Below are positions 52,036 through 58,707 of a stretch of 58,707 nt of DNA, in pieces (the stretch's first letter is position 1; each line of letters begins with the position of its first letter). The stretch covers positions 1 to 58,707 of the forward strand of contig CAZRNP010000001.1 in NCBI GenBank assembly GCA_964601485.1. The letters run 5' to 3'. Source of the stretch: an uncultured archaeon. Lineage in GTDB: Archaea; Aenigmatarchaeota; Aenigmatarchaeia; CG10238-14. The position numbers and the translations under genes were made by a program. Below the pieces are notes generated by a model that did not search any database, had not been told where the DNA came from, and worked only from the letters and a program-made list of their open reading frames with translations.

Positions 52036-53382
52036 ATGAGCATATTCAGAGCTTATGATGTTCGAGGCATCTATCCAACAGAATTGAACGAAAAAACTGC
52101 TCTAAAAATGGGCAAAGCTTTTGGCACGTTTAACCCTGGTAAAATCGTTGTAGGAAATGATTTGCGTTTGAGTGGGCCTTCTCTAAAAAAAGAATTTATC
52201 AAAGGTTTGCTATCAACAGGTTCAACTGTTATAGATATAGGTATGGTTACATCACCGATAACGATGTTTGCTACTAGATACTTGAAATGTGATGGTGGTG
52301 TGATAGTATCCGCTTCTCATAACCCGAAAGAGTACAATGGTTTTAAATTTTATTACAAAGACGGGATTCCAATCAGCTATGAATCTGGAATAAACAAAAT
52401 TGAAAAAATATTCAAAGATGAAAATTTTTCTAAGGGAAAGGGAAAGTTGATTAAAAAAAACATGGTTGAAGACTATTCTGATTTTCTGTTAAACAAGATT
52501 AATTTAAAAAAACCTGTGAAACTAAAAATAGTAGTCGATGCGGGTAACGGTACAACAGGGTTGATATATCCTAAAATACTCAAGAAACTTGGTATAGATG
52601 TGATTGAATTGTTTTGTGAACCCGATGCCAACTTTCCACACCATGAGCCCAACCCATCTAAACCCGGTGTTTTAGATGATTTGCAAAAAAAAGTTCTAGA
52701 AACGAATGCAAGCCTTGGCTTTGCTTTCGACGGTGATGGTGACCGTATAGCAGTCATCGATGAGAAAGGTAGAATGGTTTATGTTGGTTTGATATTTTCT
52801 ATACTGATTGATAATGTACTAAAAAAAGAACCTAAGTCTAAAGTTGTTTACACAGTAATCGATTCAAAAGCAATCGATGATATAATAAGAAAAAAAGGAG
52901 GTATTCCTGTTGTTTGTAGGATTGGACATACGTACATAACAGAAAAAATAATCGAAGAAGATGCAGTCATCGCTGGAGAAATTTCTGGCCATTATTATTT
53001 CAAAGACACTAATGGTGCGGACGATGCTTTATTTGCATGCTTAAAATTGATAGAATCTTTAGTAACATCCGGTAAAAAAATATCCGATTATGAGAAAGAT
53101 TTTCCAAAATATTTATCTGAAGTTTCAGAAGCCTTAAGGTTTCCAGTAAAAGCATCAGAAAAATTTCCGTTCATCGAAAGGCTGAAAAAGAATTTTATAA
53201 ATAAAGGATACAAGATAGTTACTATTGATGGAGTGAAAGTGATACTTGAAGATGGTTGGGCGTTATTCCGGCCTTCAAACACAGAACCGATAATATCGAT
53301 GTCATATGAGGCCTACAATGAACATGCTTTCAAGAGGATTAAAAAATTTGTGGAAAAAATTATAAAAAAAATACCAAGGTGA
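52036..53382 (+). CDS. glmM: Phosphoglucosamine/phosphohexose mutase
   Basis: SASHNPKEYNGFK phosphoserine loop and FDGDGDR metal loop. Confidence 0.9.
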   Translation: MSIFRAYDVRGIYPTELNEKTALKMGKAFGTFNPGKIVVGNDLRLSGPSLKKEFIKGLLSTGSTVIDIGMVTSPITMFATRYLKCDGGVIVSASHNPKEYNGFKFYYKDGIPISYESGINKIEKIFKDENFSKGKGKLIKKNMVEDYSDFLLNKINLKKPVKLKIVVDAGNGTTGLIYPKILKKLGIDVIELFCEPDANFPHHEPNPSKPGVLDDLQKKVLETNASLGFAFDGDGDRIAVIDEKGRMVYVGLIFSILIDNVLKKEPKSKVVYTVIDSKAIDDIIRKKGGIPVVCRIGHTYITEKIIEEDAVIAGEISGHYYFKDTNGADDALFACLKLIESLVTSGKKISDYEKDFPKYLSEVSEALRFPVKASEKFPFIERLKKNFINKGYKIVTIDGVKVILEDGWALFRPSNTEPIISMSYEAYNEHAFKRIKKFVEKIIKKIPR

Positions 53383-53720
53383 ATTTTTTGACAAATTACC
53401 CAGATAAGCCGATAGAATTGACTGACTCAAACTTCGATGAAAACGTGAAGAAGTATAAACTGATTGTTGTTGACAATTGGGCGCTTTGGTGTCCTCCTTG
53501 TCGAATGCTCGGACCTGTTATCGATAGCCTAGCAAAAAAACTATCTGGCAAGATTGTGTTTGGGAAGTTAAACGTGGATGAAAACAAGGAAATTACTTTA
53601 AAGTACGAAATAATGAGTGTACCAACTCTGTTAATTTTCAAGAATGGAAAATTAGTCGATAGGCTGATGGGAGCTATGCCAGAACCCATCCTAGAATCTA
53701 AGTTGAAACAGTATCTTTAG
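53379..53720 (+). CDS. trxA: Thioredoxin
   Basis: WALWCPPCRM active site. GTG start overlaps the glmM stop. Confidence 0.9.
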   Translation: MNFLTNYPDKPIELTDSNFDENVKKYKLIVVDNWALWCPPCRMLGPVIDSLAKKLSGKIVFGKLNVDENKEITLKYEIMSVPTLLIFKNGKLVDRLMGAMPEPILESKLKQYL

Positions 53721-54381
53721 TTCTTTCTCTTAGCATGATGGGAGGTAGTACAAACAGGAGTAACAATACGATGGGAATTACAAGATACTCTTTTTTTAAC
53801 GATGTTACATTTTTTTTATCTGGTTGTGTTGGTTGTACAGTTGTAGTACTTTGATTTTTAGTTGTTGTTCCTAATAAGGAAGTCGTTGTTTGGTTTGGTG
53901 TTGTAGTAGTCATATTAACTATCAAGGGGTTGTTTAACACAGTCAAATTTATAGTGTACTTGTCGCTCTTTATCGTCTTATTCTCTATTTCTGAGAAAGT
54001 TTCTATCCAGAATTTTACAAAGTAAATACCATTCTTTGCAGTCTGATTTGCAGAAAAATTTAAGTTACCAGCAATCTCTGAGTTTGGACCCATGTTATAA
54101 AACTTATTTGGATAATATGTTATCGACACTCCTGATGGTTGTTGTTCAAACTTGTAATACATGATTACAGATTCGTTGAAAGTGTTTTGTATCATGAATA
54201 AAGTTCTATTCCAGCTTCCTTGTGAGACCGTTAAAATAAAACCTGGTTCAAAAGATTTTAATTTTATCTTTATGTTATCCTCAGAAAAGGATGAACGTAT
54301 AATAATGAGAGAAATAATTAAAAAAATAATCAGGGATAAAATTGATCTTTTCATGATTAAATTTTTTATTTCCCAGAACAA
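53698..54381 (-). CDS. Secreted/anchored hypothetical protein with a T-rich stalk and C-terminal TM helix
   Basis: N-terminal helix LSLIIFLIISLIIIRS, TTTPNQTTTSLLGTTTKNQSTTT, and C-terminal LVIPIVLLLLFVLPPIML. The 3' end overlaps trxA convergently. Confidence 0.6.
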   Translation of the reverse strand: MFWEIKNLIMKRSILSLIIFLIISLIIIRSSFSEDNIKIKLKSFEPGFILTVSQGSWNRTLFMIQNTFNESVIMYYKFEQQPSGVSITYYPNKFYNMGPNSEIAGNLNFSANQTAKNGIYFVKFWIETFSEIENKTIKSDKYTINLTVLNNPLIVNMTTTTPNQTTTSLLGTTTKNQSTTTVQPTQPDKKNVTSLKKEYLVIPIVLLLLFVLPPIMLRERTKDTVST

Positions 54382-54389
54382 AAACCTAT

Positions 54390-54902
54390 CTAATATTGGA
54401 TTCCTTTTGTTGTCGGTATCTTTTCAGGATGTTTAACATCAACTATCTCGTTAACAAAATCCGATTTATCAATTAATTTCTTTGATGCATACCTCCCAGT
54501 TAAAACTACATCTGTCTTTTTAGGAATTTTATCTAGAAATTCAATAACTTCATCTACATTCAACAAATCACAGTGGATAGCCAAATTAATCTCATCTAGA
54601 ACTAAAAGATTGGGTTTCTTTTCTTTGACTATTTTCTTCGCAAATTCCAAACCTTTTTTCGCTAATTTTTTATCCCTTTCATCCAGGTTTTCTAGTCCAA
54701 TCCAGCCTTTCCTACCAAACTGATAAATCTCATAATAAGGATGAAGTTTCTTTCTTATCTTGTACTCGCCAATATTTTTCCACCATTTCAAAAACTGGAT
54801 TATCACGACTTTATGTTTATGACCGATAGATCTCATGGCAAGACCTATGGCATTCATCGTCTTACCACCACCAGTTCCAGTATAAAGATAAATGTAACCC
54901 AT
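54390..54902 (-). CDS. cobO: Cob(I)alamin adenosyltransferase (CobO/BtuR type)
   Basis: YTGTGGGKTMNAIGLAMRSIGHKHKVVIIQFLK P-loop region and LDEINLAI...VVLTGR. Confidence 0.8.
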   Translation of the reverse strand: MGYIYLYTGTGGGKTMNAIGLAMRSIGHKHKVVIIQFLKWWKNIGEYKIRKKLHPYYEIYQFGRKGWIGLENLDERDKKLAKKGLEFAKKIVKEKKPNLLVLDEINLAIHCDLLNVDEVIEFLDKIPKKTDVVLTGRYASKKLIDKSDFVNEIVDVKHPEKIPTTKGIQY

Positions 54903-54906
54903 AGAA

Positions 54907-57012
54907 TCAACTCACTGGACAAACCCCAGTCATACAACCCCCAGCATATTCAGATTCTGCTGAAACGAATTTATTTTTTATTTTACCGATATAAAGTACT
55001 TGTTCTGGCTTACTCCCGTATCTGTAGACGGTTATGCCCTTACATTTTAATTTCCACGCTATTTCATAGACTTTTTTTACATCAGGTATTTTTGAATTGT
55101 TAGGTAGGTTTATCGTCTTGGATACAGCATTATCCGTGTTCTTCTGGAAAGCTGCCTGCATCTTAACATGCCATTCTGGTTTTATGTCTAAAGCCGTGAC
55201 GAAAATTCTTCTAACATCCTTTGGAATTTCTTTTATGTTTTGCAAGGACCCATCCTTCGCTATTTTTTCTAATAATTCTGCGCTATAGAATCCTCTCTCT
55301 TTTGCGATTCTTTCAAAAATGGGGTTCACTTCAAACAACCTTGTCCCTTCTAAAACATTTCTCATGAATGATACAGCAAACAATGGCTCTATACCGGAAG
55401 AAGATCCAGCGATTATTGAGAGGCTTCCTGTCGGGGCAATGGTCGTAACAGTCGCATTTCTCATAGTCTTATATTTTCCATGCCATGTACTCTTTTCAAA
55501 ATTCGGAAAAGAACCACGTTTCATCCCAATTTGTTCAGATTTTTCTTTTGCATTTTCAGAAATGAACTTCATTATCTTTTCTCCCAATTCAACAGCTTCA
55601 TCAGAATCGTACGGAATTCTTAATTTTATCAACAATTCTGCAAAACCCATAATTCCTAATCCGATCTTCCTGTTGGCTTTTGTTATTTTTTCAATTTCAG
55701 GGAGTGGAAACCTATTTGCATCTATAACATTATCGAGAAAATGAACTGCTAAATGAAGAGTTTTTTTCAACTTATTCCAATCAATTTCATTGTTTTTGTT
55801 TATCATTCTTGAGAGGTTAATACTACCTAAATTACACGATTCATAAGCTAAAAGAGTTGCTTCACCACATGGGTTAGTTGATTCAATTCTTCCTATTCCC
55901 GGAGTTGGGTTATGTCTGTTGATTTCATCTATGAATACTACTCCAGGGTCTCCACATTTCCATGCATTCTCTACTATCAAATTCCAGACATACCTAGCTT
56001 TCAATTTTTTAACAGGTTTTTTTGTCCTCGGGTTTATCAAATTATATTCTTTGTCATTTTCAACAGCTTTCATGAAATCGTCTGTAATTGCAACAGAAAC
56101 GTTAAAGTTCGTTAGCATATTACTTTTTGTTTTGATTGTTATGAATTCTAAGATATCTGGATGATCGACTCTTAATATGGCCATCATTGCTCCTCTTCTC
56201 TTTCCACCACTTTTTATAACATCTGTTACTGTATCAAAAACACGCATGAAGGAAACAGGACCTGATGCTACGCCTTTAGTCGATTTGACAATATCGCCAT
56301 TTGGCCTGAGTTTGGAAAAATCAAAACCAACCCCACCGCCGGATTGTTCTATCAAAGCAGTATTTTTAACTGCTGTGAAAATGCTCTCTAAAGAATCTTC
56401 CACCGGTAAAACAAAACAAGCAGATAATTGACCTAGAGGAGCACCAGCGTTGAACATCGTGGGTGAATTTGGTAAGAATTCAAGTCTACTTATGATTTTG
56501 TAAAATTCCTCTTCACTTTTTTTAGAATCTTCCCCGTACATCCTGTCAACATCAGCAACATTCTCGGCAACTCTCCTGAACATTTTGTCTGGAGTTTCTA
56601 TTATCTCCCCTTTTTCATTTCTCAAGAGATATCTTTTCTTCAATACTTCTAAGGCATTTACTGTAAGTTTTGGTTCAACTTCTATACCGAACTTTTTCTT
56701 CAGTTCTCTAATTTCAATCTTTTTCTTCCTGTACGCAGAATAGTCATCAGCAACTTTTTTGTATCTTTTTTTTCTTAAGACTTCTATGACTATGTTCTGA
56801 ACATCTTCAACAGAAGGAATTTTTTTAACGAAATTTTTTTCCAGAATCTTAACTACTTCATCTGATATCTTATTTGCTTTTGTTCCATCTTTAAGTTCAA
56901 CAGCAACAAGTGCCTTTTGTATAGCATCTGTTATCTTCTGCTGTTCAAAGTTGACTATCGAACCGTCTCTTTTTCTTATTTTAGGAAGCTTTACCATATG
57001 TCTCTTAATCAT
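54907..57012 (-). CDS. nrdJ: Class II (adenosylcobalamin-dependent) ribonucleotide reductase with an N-terminal ATP-cone
   Basis: ATP-cone KIRKRDGSIVNFEQQKITDAI, then TNPCGE and a C-terminal Cys pair. I trimmed the start to Met at 57012 (or 56997) because 57013-57102 of the tracked ORF reads through the repeat element. Confidence 0.9.
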   Translation of the reverse strand: MIKRHMVKLPKIRKRDGSIVNFEQQKITDAIQKALVAVELKDGTKANKISDEVVKILEKNFVKKIPSVEDVQNIVIEVLRKKRYKKVADDYSAYRKKKIEIRELKKKFGIEVEPKLTVNALEVLKKRYLLRNEKGEIIETPDKMFRRVAENVADVDRMYGEDSKKSEEEFYKIISRLEFLPNSPTMFNAGAPLGQLSACFVLPVEDSLESIFTAVKNTALIEQSGGGVGFDFSKLRPNGDIVKSTKGVASGPVSFMRVFDTVTDVIKSGGKRRGAMMAILRVDHPDILEFITIKTKSNMLTNFNVSVAITDDFMKAVENDKEYNLINPRTKKPVKKLKARYVWNLIVENAWKCGDPGVVFIDEINRHNPTPGIGRIESTNPCGEATLLAYESCNLGSINLSRMINKNNEIDWNKLKKTLHLAVHFLDNVIDANRFPLPEIEKITKANRKIGLGIMGFAELLIKLRIPYDSDEAVELGEKIMKFISENAKEKSEQIGMKRGSFPNFEKSTWHGKYKTMRNATVTTIAPTGSLSIIAGSSSGIEPLFAVSFMRNVLEGTRLFEVNPIFERIAKERGFYSAELLEKIAKDGSLQNIKEIPKDVRRIFVTALDIKPEWHVKMQAAFQKNTDNAVSKTINLPNNSKIPDVKKVYEIAWKLKCKGITVYRYGSKPEQVLYIGKIKNKFVSAESEYAGGCMTGVCPVS

Positions 57013-57066
57013 ATTATAACTTTTTATAATAATTTTTCTTCGCTTGTATTTAATAATCAGTAAATT

Positions 57067-57593
57067 ATTACTCGATTTTTCGCTCGCTAATATTCTCGTC
57101 ACAAGTTTCTCGTGTAATTATCGCGTTTTTAAACGAAGGGTTTAAATCTTTAATATTTTATTTTAATTTTGAGTTATATGGGAAATTATGTAAGATTAGG
57201 AGATTTGGAATTAACAAAAACTGGTCAAATTTCCTCTCTAGCACGTGAAGCATTCTTTAACTTACTATATAATCTAGATTCTATTGTTCCATCAAGACTT
57301 GATAGAATGAGACATATATCAGTTAATAGGGCTCAAATAACAGTTGATGCAGAAACTGAAGGCTCATCATCTAGATATCTTATCATTAAATCTTATGTTA
57401 ATAATAAGGAAGTCGGTGTTACCCCAGCGCTCAGAAATATGGTTGAACAAGATAAATTAGAACGTGATCTTAGAAGAACCTTTCCAGAATATGAAATAAA
57501 GTTTTTAGAAGCATAATTTTTAATCATATTAAAACTTTCTCGACAGTGACTTTTTTCTAAATTTTCCGACTCGCGAAAAATCTGCGTTACACC
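57067..57593 (+). mobile_element. Solo cassette with the same end family as cassette 3
   Basis: Left end ATTACTCGATTTTTCGCTCGC...GTGTAATTATCGCG (57067-57125) is homologous to 1966-2025. Right end CCGACTCGCGAAAAATCTGCGTTACACC (57566-57593) matches 2363-2390 at 27/28 positions. Confidence 0.6.
57178..57516 (+). CDS. Hypothetical protein (112 aa from the ATG), solo-cassette ORF
   Basis: ORF 57169..57516, ATG at 57178, with a tttaaatctttaat TATA-like box upstream. No family recognised. Confidence 0.5.
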   Translation: MGNYVRLGDLELTKTGQISSLAREAFFNLLYNLDSIVPSRLDRMRHISVNRAQITVDAETEGSSSRYLIIKSYVNNKEVGVTPALRNMVEQDKLERDLRRTFPEYEIKFLEA

Positions 57594-57644
57594 AATTCTT
57601 TTTTCAAAGTTAAAAATAAGCTTAAAGAAGATAATAAATAATAG

Positions 57645-58707
57645 ATGGAAGAAGAAGTTTCAAAAGGTATACTGTCTCCTAGAAAAGGGAAAAAGGTAAT
57701 CCTTCTAGGTAATGAAGCAATCGTCAGAGGAGCTTTAGAGTCTGGAGTAGGCTTTGCATCCACTTATCCTGGAACACCCTCGTCAGAAGTCGGTGATACA
57801 TTTGCAGCCATAGCAAAAACTGCTGGAATTTACTTTGAGTACAGTACTAACGAGAAAGTAGCTTTAGAGGTCGCCATGGGTGCCTCTTTTGCTGGTGTCA
57901 GATCCTTAGTATCAATGAAACAGTTTGGCGTCAACGTTGCAGCAGACTCACTCATGCCTTTGGTCTATGTCGGTCCGAACGCAGGGATGGTTATAATGGT
58001 TGCCGATGACCCTGGTTGCTGGAGCAGTGCTCAGAGTGAACAAGATACCAGGTACTATTCAAGACTCGGTCATATACCAACTTTAGAACCTTGTGATGCT
58101 CAAGAGTGCAAAGATTTTGTTAAATTTGCCTTCAAACTCTCAGAAAAATTTAAAATTCCTGTTTTCGTGAGGACAACTACAAGAGTCAGCCATGAAAGAG
58201 GTGTTGTTAAACTCGATGATATAATCTACGGCAAAACAAAGGGGTTTTTCAAGAAAGACATGGATAAGTACAACATCCTACCACCCAAGACGATGAGGCT
58301 GCATGAAGAATTACTCAAAAAAATCGAGGATATAAGAAAAATCTCAGAAAAAAGTAATTTAAATTTCATCGTCAATCAGAGCATAAAGAGTAATCTGGGG
58401 ATAATAACTTCTGGTGTTTCTTTCAATTACGTGATGGAAGGCTTAATCGACCTTGGGATAAAATTGCCTGTCTTAAAATTGGGTTTTAGTTATCCATTAC
58501 CCGAAGACAAGATCAAGAATTTCATAAAGAGGTTCAAGTCAATCCTTGTTGTCGAAGAGTTAGAACCGATACTAGAAGAAGAAGTTTTAATTTTATCAAA
58601 AAACGTCAACCCTAGATTGAGAGTTTACGGAAAAAAGACTGACTATTTACCGAAATCTGGAGAGTATAACGAAGAACTTGTTATAGCGGCTTTGAGAAGA
58701 ATAACTG
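57645..58707 (+). CDS. iorA: Indolepyruvate:ferredoxin oxidoreductase alpha subunit (partial; runs off the window)
   Basis: Not in the track because it has no stop in the window. My translation is MEEEVSKGILSPRKGKKVILLGNEAIVRGALESGVGFASTYPGTPSSEVGD...ADDPGCWSSAQSEQDTRYY. Confidence 0.8.
   Translation, partial: MEEEVSKGILSPRKGKKVILLGNEAIVRGALESGVGFASTYPGTPSSEVGDTFAAIAKTAGIYFEYSTNEKVALEVAMGASFAGVRSLVSMKQFGVNVAADSLMPLVYVGPNAGMVIMVADDPGCWSSAQSEQDTRYYSRLGHIPTLEPCDAQECKDFVKFAFKLSEKFKIPVFVRTTTRVSHERGVVKLDDIIYGKTKGFFKKDMDKYNILPPKTMRLHEELLKKIEDIRKISEKSNLNFIVNQSIKSNLGIITSGVSFNYVMEGLIDLGIKLPVLKLGFSYPLPEDKIKNFIKRFKSILVVEELEPILEEEVLILSKNVNPRLRVYGKKTDYLPKSGEYNEELVIAALRRIT

Noticed and set aside
54907-57012. 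A possible intein in the ribonucleotide reductase.
   Set aside because: The length (about 700 aa with the ATP-cone) and the uninterrupted catalytic motifs fit an intein-free class II enzyme. I saw no Hint or homing-endonuclease blocks.
57013-57102. A 30-codon N-terminal extension of the ribonucleotide reductase ORF.
   Set aside because: It is the antisense reading of the dispersed cassette-end repeat. The ATP-cone begins right after the internal Met at 57012/56997.

Overview
This is an AT-rich archaeal chromosome segment, about 85-90% coding. The lineage looks DPANN-like, but that is an inference from gene content and I did no computation. Clear housekeeping genes are rpo7, spt4, eS24, eS31 and eL33, ftsZ, aspS, trm1, iscS/iscU, glmS/glmM, thioredoxin, TldD/PmbA, a class II (B12) ribonucleotide reductase next to cobO, and the start of iorA. 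There are two tRNAs: Pro-GGG, and an intron-containing tRNA that is probably Arg-CCU. Three giant glycoprotein-like surface proteins (1201, 2045 and 1517 aa) sit among many small secreted proteins built as membrane anchor, poly-Thr stalk and Cys-rich domain. The most unusual structure is at 0.7-4.8 kb. Five same-strand ORFs are separated by four homologous ~100-111 bp imperfect palindromes whose outer cores follow the integron gene-cassette rule: the GTT-core that opens each cassette is the exact reverse complement of the AAC-core that closes the same cassette, not of its partner within the palindrome. This array is inserted between rpo7 and spt4, which are normally adjacent, and no integrase is visible in the window. 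Each cassette also carries long bipartite terminal inverted repeats, which is not typical of integrons. Solo cassettes with the same ends occur around an HD-domain gene beside tRNA-Pro (15.4-16.2 kb) and between nrd and iorA (57.1-57.6 kb). I recognised no CRISPR array, cas operon, transposase or integrase.
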